A DNA stretch of 63,999 nt, the filler included, from Collodictyon triciliatum (taxonomy: Eukaryota), in NCBI GenBank assembly GCA_043381765.1. It is 8 parts of 8 records of this genome, joined end to end, with 100 filler letters (N's around TTAATTAATTAA, not from the genome) between each part and the next. Parts side by side here need not be neighbours in the genome. Positions count along the whole stretch, not along the records: positions 1 to 7,962 come from JBHJMP010003651.1; positions 8,063 to 15,843 come from JBHJMP010003652.1; 6 more parts are not named here. The stretch is one strand, 5' to 3'. The notes under the pieces are model-generated. The model made no database searches, was not told where the DNA came from, and worked only from the letters and a program-made list of their open reading frames with translations. The translations under genes were made by a program, and so were the position numbers. Below are positions 1 through 12,237 of the stretch, one piece after another (the stretch's first letter is position 1; each line of letters starts with the position of its first letter).

Positions 1-350
1 AAAAAAAAACAAAAAACAAAAAACAAAAAACAAAAAACAAAAAACAAAAAACAAAAAACAAAAAACAAAAAACAAAAAACAAAAAACAAAAAACAAAAAC
101 AATAAAAAAAAAACAAAAACACAAACAATAAAAACAAAAACAAAAAACTAGAAAACAAGAAAACAAGAAAGCAAGAAAACAAGAAAACAAGAAAACAAGA
201 AAACAAGAAAACAAGAAAACAAGAAAACTAGAAAACTAGAAAACTAGAAAACTAGAAAACTAGAAAACTAGAAAACTACAAAACTAGAAAACAAGAAAAC
301 ATGAAAACAAGAAAACAAGAAAACAAGAAAACAAGAAAACAAGGAAACAA
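1..350. repeat. A-rich microsatellite array (AAAAAAC)n grading into (AGAAAACA/AGAAAACT)n
   Basis: Directly visible tandem repeats at the scaffold edge. Confidence 0.95.
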
Positions 351-822
351 AACGAAAATGCAAAATAGGAAAGGAAATGAGAAATATGAATAGAACAAAG
401 GTATCTGGCCGTGCTCGGGATGAAACCAAGTATCGAACGCGCTCGCGTGCCATAATTTAAATGATAAGCAAATCAAATCAATCTTAATAAATGGAGACAT
501 AACCCGCGTGCGTGAGGCTGTGTCATGCACAGAGAAAACCATATGAAACGAGATAGCAAGGGAATGAATCATATTGCATTTATCGCATCCTGACTGGTTC
601 CTGGATACGCTTTAAACCAAAACATCAGCGATCGACGAAAAAAAAACATATTAATTGGATGGAAAGAAAACATGAGCTGGCATATCTGATGGAGAAATCT
701 AGGAAAGAAAAGCGTCAATCGGCGCGGCAGGAATGTAAAATAGAAAAGGACTAAAACCCACCCTATCAAGTATGAGAAAAGATGGTTCCATCGGTAATTG
801 GTTCCATGTTGTGTATTTGCTG

Positions 823-1011
823 TTAATCGAAGAGTGCATCGGATGGAATGGTATCAGGCAGTGAAACTTCGAAGCATCCAGACTCAGAAGTCCAACATGG
901 TAGGGTCGTTATACTGCGTGGAGCTCGCCTTATCTTTGGTATCCCTGCATAAGGAACTTGCAAATTAGCAAGGCTGTCAAGGCATGTCAACCAACGCGGA
1001 AGCTCTTCCAT
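823..1011 (-). pseudogene. Orphan terminal exon homologous to the last exon of the LRR gene at 56305-57075
   Basis: cag|ATG GAA... gives MEELPRWLTCLDSLANLQVPYAGIPKIRRAPRSITTLPCWTSES, versus IETLPPWITALSRLSRLIIYNGDGEIKVKRAPLGISTLPCWTNET at 56884. The acceptor is at the same position and phase. No upstream LRR exon was recognised. Confidence 0.55.
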
Positions 1012-2360
1012 CTGAAGACCAATTTGCCACAATAAATCAAGTTTTGTTATTCAGGGGCACTCAATATAGTATGAATCATGGCCTGTGCCTGAGCCTTATA
1101 GGGCAGAGCCAGGGCTTGGGTAGGGGCCGTATGGTACCTGGGCAAGGAGGTTTGGGCAGATTCTTTTTTTTTTTAGGGTGGGTAAGTGGGAAAGAAGGGT
1201 GCTGTGTGCATGGGTAGTTGGGGTGTTATTATAGAGCAAACGGTCACTACAGAAAATGGAAGCAGATGGTGTGGCGTGGAAGGGACACAAGGGACGCAAG
1301 ACGGTACATAGGCGGCAGAGAGGATGGCCAGCGAAGAAGCGCAGCATATCGAAAGTAAGGAAGCAAAGGTGAAGAAGCAAAAGCAAGGAAGCAAGAGACA
1401 CGGGTGCATGGTGTGGAAGGCAGATGGGAACAATGGGATAAAGTGCAAATATATGTGCAGATTGATGTGGATAGAGTAGAAATGATGAGAAACTCTCAGA
1501 ATTATGCAAATTGATGTGAATGATTTGATTTGGTGGGAAATGGCACGCATTGATATATGTAATACTGTGCAAGAAAATATACAGTATATGCATAAAAAAT
1601 TAAAATCGCAGATAATAAATTAATATTATGACACATCATCTATGATTGATACTGACTTTTTTAATTTTCATGTTACTTTTGTTGCATCAAGAATGTTTAT
1701 TTATGTTCATAGCGTATAAGGTTGATTCTATTATTTGGAATTCGAGGGAGGTTAATTACAACGACGCTGGTATATTTTTAGTGAATAAGTTGGCCTCTAG
1801 ATATTTCATGCCAATGGATTTGTAGAATCTCATATGTCAAAAGAAATACTAGACCCGTGTGATTTGTTTTTTATGTTATTTTTAAATCAAGTCATATGCA
1901 CAATTCTTATAGTTCGATAAAATCTGGCCATGGATGATGTTGAAGTCTAGAATCTAGGTATTGCAGCAATATATGTGATGAGATTATTACTGATACTTAC
2001 TAGGCGCATAGGAGGGAATCTTAAATTCAGTTCCTGCTTCAACCTGACATGTAGCCCAATCCGACTTGTGTCACTGCTTTGTAACGAAGGCACAACTGTA
2101 TTATTGGACTGTAGAAGAAAAGGTAATGCATCAAATACAAAACCTCCGTCATTTTGGACGAATTGAAAGGAAGAAGAAAAAAGAAAAGGTAATAGAAAGG
2201 CAACTTTGCTAAATCGAAATAAAGTACAAAATGGCTATGCACATGTTATTTATCAAGATATATCGAACTTTAGGACGGTGTAGGTAGGTAAATATCGGGA
2301 TGCGCTAACAATAAATTGACAAAAAATAATTAATTATCGATGAGTTTTATGTTCAACTTT

Positions 2361-2439
2361 ATGTAACCAGTTCATTTTTTGTATGGCATAACCTCGCTGC
2401 ACTTTGAATCAAATAAAGGAAAAAATGTAACCAGTTCAT
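2361..2439 (+). mobile_element. Short 5'-truncated retroposon (LINE/SINE 3' end) with a 15-bp target-site duplication
   Basis: ATGTAACCAGTTCAT occurs at 2361-2375 and 2425-2439, flanking TTTGTATGGCATAACCTCGCTGC...AATAAAGGAAAAA. The same core recurs at 41622-41670. Confidence 0.8.
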
Positions 2440-4604
2440 CTATTATAATCATTATTATTATTGCTATGATTCGTGTGTATCAGCAACACCATCATTAATG
2501 CGTAAATATTGTGATTTTTTTAAACAAAAATAGTGTATGGGCTGCATTATCATTGTTGGCTCTTGAAGACCGCGATTACGCTTGCAGTGTGCAGTGGTTT
2601 ATAGATACCTCAAAATCTTATTTTGTATCATTTGTGAATAACTTATAAAGAAGAGTCGAATGGTTGAGTAAATCAAGTATCCCATTATTATTATTTGAGA
2701 CGATATGAATACAATATAAAAAGAATATATTTACGGTTCGTGAAATATTATTTGTAAATTCATGTTTAGCGTTTGATTTTGTTAAAAAATCCAGTATTAT
2801 GAAAGGGAATAACTAGTTTTTGTGCCGGAAATATGGTTTATACCGCACTATCTACTACATATTGGTCTTTGTGATTGATGGCTTACAGAAAAATGATTAG
2901 GCAAATTTTACTAGGAACTGTTTTTGAATTTTATTTTATTGGAACTTAGTTATCTTTGATATATTTGTTTACTTTTTAAAGGGCTAAGTTTGATTATTTG
3001 GTATATAGTTTATTTATTTTAAAGCATCAGAGCGATATACTTTTATTACCAATGATGACAATAACACGATTTAAAATAGTTTTACCAATATCCTTTGATA
3101 CTCGTTAAACTTATGAGCAAGTTTTTTTGGTATGCTTAAAATACTTTCGAGAGTTTTCTTCCTTCATATAGCACTAAGTTGATAGATTAGGGTGTATATA
3201 TATTTGCAGTGTGGAGAAATTTTGGTGAATTTTTTTAATTGCAGTATTTGGCCCAAAATATATGTATGCTTGAATGAGTATGGCTCGATAGTTTTATGAT
3301 GGAAAGGTAATATCTTCTTGCTATAAAGAATGGGCGTTTTATGTTAAGTTATCGAAAATATACTATTATTTTTTAGGTCTATGTTAAAATGTTCCATGTT
3401 TTTTTATACTTGAAAACATAATTTGGTATTTTGTCTAGCTTAACTCTTGATCAATTTGTGTTTCGTCATGATATTTATTTGTTTAATTATTGATGTATGA
3501 TTAAAAGGTTAAAAATAACTTGGTTTGCTAGACATATTTTTGTTCTTGAGTCAATTTATTTTCCATCGGCCATATTCTAATGCTTATACGCATAACATAA
3601 CGAATACGTATCGATACTTGAATGATGATGGACATGATTAAACTTTAAGAAAGATTTGTAATCGCCTAAGGCATAAAAAATAGTCTTACACTTAAGTCGG
3701 TGATATTGAATGTGAAAATGGAAGTCGTGTACAGTGCTGCTTGAAAATACCGAACTATTTGGCAAAAATACACTTACCCCAGGTTATCTAACTCAATTTA
3801 TTTGAGCTTGATTATGAGCCGTCGTGCTTAAATAATTCCATATTTTAAAAAAGTGTTGTAGAATAAAATTGTTTAGCAGATTACAATTTTAAAATAAATA
3901 AAATTATCTTTTTTTCACAAGATTTTATTATTTGGATATGTCAATAATTTCTCACGGATGCAGATGGCTTGAGGTATGCTTCACGGATAACTGTGCAGAT
4001 CTGCTTCATAATATGTAAGATTAGCAGTGGGTGGCAGTTTGTAACATTGATAGTTGCCGTGTTTTATTCCAGCTTTCTCTGGTGTTAAATATTGATAAAT
4101 GCTACAATAGCATAATTATCATTTTTGAATATAGGATGGTGATATGGTTTATAAAAGGATTTTATCGAGATATTATGTTATGACTGAATAGCTATAAACC
4201 TCATATTGTTACTTCAATAAAAGCATAACAGAAAGCGTAGATGAGCAAAGAAGAGCGAGAAAATGAGAAACAATATATATAAAATAAAATATAAAACAAT
4301 AAAATATAAAACAATAAAAAAAGCAATAAAAACAATAAAAAACAATAAAAAAACAATAAAAAAACAATAAAAAAACAATAAAAAANNNNNNNNNNNNNNN
4401 NNNNNNNNNNNNNNNNNNNNNNNNNNNNNNNNNNNNNNNNNNNNNNNNNNNNNNNNNNNNNNNNNNNNNNNNNNNNNNNNNNNNNNNNNCAAATTGCTTG
4501 TATGTCCGACAAGAGTGGATTCATTTGCTTTATTATATCCATTCGCCACGCTTGTATTCTTGGCACTTGCTGTGAGCGCTGTGAATCCAACAAAGGTACG
4601 GGCC

Positions 4605-5591
4605 ATGGAGCAGTTCATCTGGAACCAGTCTGCCGAAGAAGTGTCTGTCACATGGAAGGCACCCGTCACTGTGCGCGCGCGAGACTTCATCATAAAAATC
4701 GAGACTCGCTCGTTGAGTATTGGTCTGCGCGATGGGCCAGTCTTCCTTCAGGTCGGCCTTCCTTTTCCCTTTTCTCGTTTTGTTTTGTTTCGTTTCGTTT
4801 TGTTTTGTTTCGTTTCGTTTTGTTTTGTTTTGTTTCGTTTTATTTTGTTTTGTTTTATTTTATTTTATTTTATTTTATTTTGTTTTGTTTTGTTTCGTTT
4901 CTTTCTCATTTCTCATTTCTCATTTCTCATTTCGTTTCTTTCTCTTTTCTCTTTTCTCATTTCTCATTTCTCCATCATCTTTTCTCTTTTACTCTTTCGT
5001 TCGTTCGCTTCCTCTTTCTTCTAAACATAACCACGACTACAGGGGCAGCTCTTCTCATCCATCCACGCCTCGGAGTCCACATGGACGCTTGAGTCGAACC
5101 AGCTCACTCTTCACTTGGAGAAAGCCATCCAAGACGAATTCTGGGAGCGATTGCTCTTGGAGAATCCCGAGATGCAGACATCGCTCTCCCGACTGGAGGC
5201 AGCCAAAGGCGCACAGACACCAGGCTCAGGCCAAACACACCCAAGCAACGAACAACCACGAGCAGAGGCCGATTCAAATCCCGCAGAGACTCATACGGCA
5301 AAGGAAGAGCCCTCTCAACAAGCTTTCCACCAGCAAGGAGATGCCAATCCTACGGCCGATTTGAAGGAGAAAGAGATGGCCTCATCGGACAACTCCCCTG
5401 TCAGCAACACCGGCCCAGCGAGCGAGCCAGTCTCCCACAAGGCCGACGATGTGACCAGCAAACCTAATCGCAAAGAGCCTGCGTCACCCGGCTCTTTACC
5501 TGGCTCCTATTGGCTCCATTTCCCCCTCCTCTTGCTGGCTCTCGCCTTTCTCGCCGCTTTGTACAGGAGTCGGCAACAGACAAGGAATTAA
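4605..5591 (+). CDS. CS (NudC/p23-like) domain protein with a disordered linker and C-terminal hydrophobic helix; may extend 5' into the gap
   Basis: Exons 4605-4751 and 5043-5591 with a GT-AG intron filled by microsatellite. The spliced product reads FIWNQSAEEVSVTWK...LSIGLRDGPVFLQ|GQLFSSIHASESTWTLESNQLTLHLEKAIQDEFWERLL, the NudC CS-domain pattern, and ends YWLHFPLLLLALAFLAALYRSR. Confidence 0.85.
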
Positions 5592-5933
5592 ATAAATAGA
5601 GAGCAAAGTTGTCCATGTCCAATGAGTTCCTCTCTTTATTGATGTCTTTGGACAGTCGCACACTTTTTGCTGGTATTTGAAGTAGATGACGATTTTTTAA
5701 TTCCATTTTCATCAATCATCCACAAACGTGCTAACAATCCAGACAATAATAAATGTCTGCTTTTGTGTACGTCATTTGCCTTTCTTTTCTTTTTTTGTTT
5801 GTAATTATAAAACATTTCTACAACTCATCAATTTTGACACACGGCAATGTAACATGCGAGTATCGGTTTATTCGGATGAATTATAAATAGCTATCTAGAA
5901 GTGTTAAGAAGTTGCTTGACCTGCGCGAAATGG

Positions 5934-7841
5934 CTAGTCATCCAACAACACAAGCAGATTATCTATGCATTCAGCGGCTCTGCCCAAGTGCTGCAGTTTT
6001 ACAACAAATTGATTCTCAGGTTCACTAGCATCGCTCCCTTTCTGAACTCGCCTCAGCTGCTTCAGTTGCAAGACGGGAACGCGAGCAGGAATAGACTCAA
6101 TAGCTGATGGGTCAAGCGCGCAGAGGTCTAGGTCATTTCGTATCAATGTATCATTTCATTATTAATCCCCAAGAAAATCATACCACAAATTAAATTTAAA
6201 AATAATATGCCACGGAGCAAGAAACTAGAGCTAGTAAAAAATACAACATTTCTTCCCCCTTAATTTACCTTGATAAAGAAGGACTTCTGCTCGCTTTATC
6301 TTCTCTTTCAATAAGGGATTCTTCAGAGTTGATTTTGCCTGCACAGATTTAGTGAGAAGGATTTTCAAGAAAAATGGATGAGGAAATGTGAGCATGCAGA
6401 CACGAGCAGACTATGATTCAATTTACATAAAATTAAAACAATCCGATTTTGGTGGTAAATTCATTCTTGGATGTGTGATGAGAATCAATCAAACCTTCTG
6501 GTTATTGTATACAAGTGACCATAATAGCGAGCAGCAGTAATGTTTTACATCAGCAAATGGATGCCGCAAGCAGGCGACGATATCATTCAGTGTTGCATCT
6601 AGTGAAAATTGTTGGTGTTTTTTTTTTTTTTTACAACTTATAAAGGGAAACAATCAAGAATCCTTTTTTTTCTTTTGCTGTTTCTTTTTCTAAATTATTT
6701 AGCTGCGTCTTAATACTTATTACAATGTCCTTACCATTTGATGTGTAATACATTTTGCTTTCATCTGTAAACGCGATGTTACGCATGATTAACATCGACA
6801 GACCCGACACAGTTTTATCTCCCAGATTAACGAGGGTCAGGAAAATCTTTAAAGAGCCTTGAAATAAAACACGTTTAAGTAAATTATTATTTTTTTTTTT
6901 TGTCAAAGCATGAACAAACAGAAGAAAAGAAAAGAAGCTTGATATATGTCCCAGATGCTTTTGTTTACTACCTATTATGAACCGGATTCCAATATATTTA
7001 AAGTAAAAAGAAAGACCCACCCGAGACTTTTCCTATCAAGACAGCTCCATCCGTGTCAAATGATAAGGCAGCAAGGCATTGCAACAAGTAGGCACATTTT
7101 AACCACGCTCGTTCTTCCAAATTTGAATAAAGACGAATCATAAGGGTATCAACAACGCCAATTTTATTGAAAGAAGCTACGGTTTCTTTCATCGCGCAAA
7201 GGTTCGTTAGGGTCTTTAAAATAACAGTAAATATTATTTCATCAAAGCTTTTCATCCGGGCAATCGTTGCCATTAGAAGATGGAGCACCGATGCATTTCC
7301 GACCAAAAAATCCCCGATAACCGGTTTGACTCCAATCTTACACGATGTGACAGTGCATACCAGTTGCAGGCATGGAACGAACAGCTCCTTTTGTGAGGAT
7401 ATGAATTTCCACTTGTATTTTATTACTCGGATGACTTCTTGAATTACCAAGCTTATCTATTATGTTGAATTCAATGTTAAAATGCGAAAATAGCGTTAAT
7501 ATTACATAAAAAAAGCTGTGAATTTGAAGCGAATATTTGTTCTGTGATAAACCTTCTCATCTTCATTCTGATGAAAGAAATTTTTTAGCAGTTGAATAAT
7601 CATCAGGTAATCTTCCAGAGAGGTCGCTGATGTATTTTTCTAAGACGAAAATCATAGAAAAACAGGCGTTGAAAAATAATGTGTTTCATATAACAGCATT
7701 TAAAGCATAAATAAAATTACTAAATTCTCAAAAAATAAAATAAAATAATACAGCAAACCTTGCTATGAGCTTCGTCTTTATTTTTATTCATCACATCCAG
7801 TAATTGGACCAGTCTGTCAATACATTCCCACACAAAGTTAT
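5934..7841 (-). CDS. RTTN: Rotatin (Ana3) homologue, 3' part (ARM-repeat centriole protein)
   Basis: Spliced exons (including 6598-6495, 6338-6269 and 6127-5934) give LIMRNIAFTDESK...DIVACLRHPFADVKHYCCSLLWSLVYNNQK|AKSTLKNPLLKEKIKRA...AECIDNLLVLLDD*. This matches the remembered rotatin C-terminus (LWALIYNYQKAKTALKSP...CLENLVQLL). The gene is 5'-truncated by the scaffold end. Confidence 0.8.
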
Positions 7842-7849
7842 CTGCAAAA

Positions 7850-7957
7850 TAATCAAATCAAATCAAATCAAATCAAATCAAATCAAATCAAATCAAATCA
7901 AATCAAATCAAATCAAATCAAATCAAATCAAATCAAATCAAATCAAATCAAATCAAA
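7850..7957. repeat. (AAATC)n microsatellite
   Basis: Directly visible. Confidence 0.95.
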
Positions 7958-7962
7958 GCAAA

Positions 7963-8062
7963 NNNNNNNNNNNNNNNNNNNNNNNNNNNNNNNNNNNNNN
8001 NNNNNNTTAATTAATTAANNNNNNNNNNNNNNNNNNNNNNNNNNNNNNNNNNNNNNNNNNNN
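7963..8062. other. Artificial scaffold-joining spacer (44N-TTAATTAATTAA-44N); also at 15844-15943, 23902-24001, 31896-31995, 39950-40049, 47994-48093 and 56046-56145
   Basis: The identical 100-nt spacer, with stops in all six frames, occurs seven times about 8 kb apart. Confidence 0.97.
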
Positions 8063-8233
8063 GAAAAAAAGAGAGAGAAAAAGAGAGAGAAAAAGAGAGA
8101 GAAAAAGAGAGAGAAAAAGAGAGAGAAAAAGAGAGAGAAAAAGAGAGAGAAAAAGAGAGAGAAAAAAAGAGAGAATTAGACAGCAGCACGTACTATAAAA
8201 GTATTTCATGGCTGTTAAGAGAGTAATTTGTAC

Positions 8234-10194
8234 CGGTCGGGCTGAAGTTGAAGAGAGGGGGCATGGGACTTCCGTTTGGCATTTTTGTATTCGGATCACG
8301 CAGTTCATCAAAGAAAGGGTGAATCATGCATTCAACAGGCTTCAGTCGGGCCTCTGGGTTGTACTGCAGCATCTTAGATACCAGGTCAATTGCTTCTGGA
8401 GCAGTTTTGGGACGGAAAACCTATGAAATCAGGTCGATGCTCTTCATGTTAAACAAAACTCGCATTTTCAGAAACAAGAATGCAAACCCAAAAGAGAAAC
8501 GGGATTACAAGTAGTGAATATTGAAATGAAAACTCCTCCCGTGATTATTTCGGAGAATATGGTTATGAGGGAAGCATTCATCACAAACCTTGGTCCACGG
8601 AACAGCCTTCACTTGAGGGAATTTATGGTCTGTGTAGTTGGGATTCATGCTGGTGACATCGGCTCTCGTCGGGGTGCCGAGAATCTTGATGATTTCCACA
8701 AGTTGGTCGGTTCCATTCTCCCCTGGGAATAAGGGAGATCCGGTCATCAACTCGGCAATCACGCAGCCTACCGACCAGATGTCTAACATGATGTGATAAA
8801 GGAATGAATTGAGTCAACGAAACAACATAGAGATGTACGATGAGGATTACTATGACTAAATTTGCAGAGCTAGCCGACTTTCGTAGATTATAAGAAAATA
8901 TAAGGGACTTTGATGTAGACAAGCCATACCTATGGATGTGGTGTACTCAGTTGCCCCAAAAACGAGCTCAGGAGCACGATAGTATCTGGAACAAATGTAT
9001 GCCACATTTGGCTCTCCCTTGACAAGCATTTTTGCGCTATTTTTTTTTTTTTTACAATGATTTGCGTGAAAATATGATTTCAGTAAATTTTTGAGGTCCA
9101 GCACGAAGTATTACACAAGGCACGAAGAGACATAATCATGATAAATTACTCACTTAGAATCATGGGTGTTTTTTTTTTTTTTTAACATAAAGGGAGAAAA
9201 ATGAAAATGCTAATCAAGATACATATGTTACGGACCACGAAAGTATAGACTGTTTACAAAACATTACCTGCCAAAATCGCAGATTTTACAAACGCCGGAT
9301 TGTGGGTCAAGGAGGAGGTTTTGAGGTTTAATATCTCTGTGGCAGACCCCCTTTGAATGTAAATAAGCCAACGATCGGCACATTTGATAGCTATAGAGCT
9401 TGATAAAAAAGGTGGGAACGGTCTGACGGCTCTTGGAATAGTGTCGGCAAACACGATACACAGTCTCAGGAATATACTCCAGCACAAGATTTAAATAGAC
9501 CTCATCTGGCTAAAATATTATACATTAAGGGTGCGAATAAATAAGAGGATGATAAAATGTATGTAAATTTATAAATGAATAGATATAGAGAAACCAAAAA
9601 AGAACAAGGGATTTCTTCATATTCTAATTGAAGTACTTGCAAAAAAAAAAATTGTGTGAGATATCATGAAAGCGAATGTTAAGAAAAATAGCGGTTTTGT
9701 AAAGGAATGATTGCCTTTTCTCCGCTCGAATAGAATGAATGCTTGAGTAAAACAACATTTTGGTGGTTCAGAGTCTTCATGATCTGCAACTCTCGGTTCT
9801 AAAATCATAATGGAAGCTGAATTAATGGACATATATATTATTCGAAGAAGGGCAGCTAGTGAAATAATTTGAACGAAAAAAACTCAACCAAGTCGAAAGT
9901 CGGCCAGGAAAAGAGGAAAAGAGGAAAAGAGGAAAAGAGGAAAAGAGGAAAAGAGGAAAAGAGGAAAAGAGGAAAAGAAACTATGGTCTCTACCTTGTAT
10001 CTTCGGTCCTGGAGAACTTTCTTAATGGCCACGATTTCACCGGTACCGACAACAGAGGCTTGGAAAACTGTTCCAAAGGATCCGCTCCCGATGACTTTTT
10101 CTGCGGTGTAGCTGATTGTATTCTGCTCCGCTTTCCCGGTCCCACTTTTAGCTTCAGAAGGAAGCTTTGCGTCGCTGAACGATCGCTCCGTCAT
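8234..10194 (-). CDS. GSK3: Glycogen synthase kinase-3 / shaggy-like kinase (final exon probably lost at the scaffold end)
   Basis: Six exons: [13 protein letters not shown]...[21 protein letters not shown]...[17 protein letters not shown]...[10 protein letters not shown]...[38 protein letters not shown]...|[18 protein letters not shown]...PLFNFS. Confidence 0.97.
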
Positions 10195-11275
10195 TGCGCT
10201 ACTTTTCCTTCTTGATTTGACGCTTTATTTCCAATACTCAGTGATCCGCGTCGTGTTCCCCTCTCAAAACGTTGACCTCCGCGTTGACTGAGCAGTTGAA
10301 GAAGAGAAAATATCATTTCAAGGGGTACAAGGAGGAAGTGCAGGCAGAATCATGACCCAAAAGAAGACATAAAAAAAAATGACGACGAGAACAACCATGG
10401 CTATCTTCCAACAAATAAACAAGCCCGAAGAGAAAAAGACAAGAAAAAAACTCTCAAAGGCCATATCAAAATACGGTCAGTAAATAAACGTTGAAGGAGC
10501 TAGCAAGATTCGATCCTGTGAAAAGAAGCAGAGAGAGGATCAAAAGAGGGAGTTTGCATAAACTGGTGGATCAAACAAACCCAAGTTAGAGAGGAGGGAG
10601 AAAAGAAGAAAGAGCGAAGCAGAAGGGAAGGATAAAAGCAGGATGGGTATTCAGGTATTGAGTCGGGAGGCTCTTTGGGCGCGTGGGTGTGCGACAAGAT
10701 AAGACACGTCGTCTGCATTTATGTTTGTGACCAAGTGGATGCTTGGCTTGAGGCTTTGGGGTTTGAGGTTTGGGTTTGGTTTTAGGGGTCGTTCTCTGTG
10801 GACGGTTTTTGAATTTTGATTGATGTGTGATCAAACTGGAGGAAAGTGAAGAGAGAGGGTTGACACACACGAACACACACGCTCACACCTTAACACTCAT
10901 GCTGGCAAAATAGAATCGGGAAATAATCAACGGATACTAGTTTCATAATAATATATATTGTCTACTATAATTTAGACTCAATCAAGTCTGATATATCTGC
11001 TACAATAAAATTAGATCGATTGATAATATCATCCACATTTGTACTATTTCCCAAGGCAAGTCTCGCTTTTCTTCCTGCGTCGCCTTCTCATTCCGCGGAA
11101 ACGATGTTGGCGCTGCTTGTGGAGCGAATACGACAACTCTAGGAGTGGAATCGTGTGCATTTATCGGGATTGGGAGCATCTTCAAGGTGCTTATCTGTGG
11201 AACTTGGGAAGACTCACTCACAGGCGCGGTGTTTATTGATAGTCGAGTGGGTTTGGGGTGAAAAGGCTCCAGCGG

Positions 11276-12237
11276 TCAGAACCAGGGCAGCCACGTCGGG
11301 TCCATCCTGTTGATGCTGGTAGGGTCTGTCGCAGCGGCTATCAACTCCGTCACCCGGGCGTTGAGCGAGACAGATGGAATGGCAGATGCAGTGTTCTATA
11401 CATAAATATATACCATAGCGGTTATTTCGGAGCCCATGTCAAGGTTGTCTTATCGAGGGAGAGCTCGTGTAGGGTGTGGAATGTGACAAAGAAACAAAGA
11501 AACAAAGAAACAAAGAAACAAAGAAACAAAGAAACAAAGAAACAAAGAAACAAAGAAACAAACAACGAAACAAACAACGAAAAATCAGAAAATTCCAAAC
11601 AAATAGGCACAAATCGTGAGTGATTGTAGTCATCTAGGAATAAATGACGATTTCCTTTCATGTGATACATATATTGTACACTATTTTGAAGTCATAGATT
11701 TTCTGTCCTCTCGAACAGCAATCAAACCAAGGCTTACATTCGGGTCCACAGAGACAACCGGGGCAAGGGATGCAAGACGCGTGGTAATTTGAGTAAGGTT
11801 CACATGAATTTTTTCCTTCAGATTGTCTTCCGGTATCTTTTGGTCAGCTCGGAGATTACCTGCCGTGGACGGGTAGCCGCCCAAGAGCTCGTCGCGGAGG
11901 TAAAGATGAATCTGGTCACTCAGCCCGGTTTTCAACACCTTCCAAAATAATGGTCATCAATTATTATATTTTTCAATTCTGTGAGCAATCGGATTCCTTT
12001 AGGTTTTTTTTTCCTTTCTTTTTTCCACCCCTATTTCGTTTCCCTCCTTCCTCTTGTATCGGGGTCAACGTGAACATACATAAAGAAATGGATATTAAGG
12101 ATGAAAGGAGGATATTACCTTCGTATCCGAGAGACACAGAGCAGCGGAAACCATGGAAGCTGCGAACGGCCCTTCAAGGGCAAAAGACATAAACGTGGTT
12201 ATGTTTTTCGTCAATCGGAATGGTACGGGTTCCGGAT
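11276..12237 (-). CDS. TRRAP: TRRAP/Tra1 PIKK-family pseudokinase, C-terminal exons including FATC
   Basis: Exons 12237-12119 (PEPVPFRLTKNITTFMSFALEGPFAASMVSAALCL), 11938-11738 (HLYLRDELL...) and 11395-11276 (LNARVTELIAAATDPTSINRMDPTWLPWF*). Confidence 0.9.
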
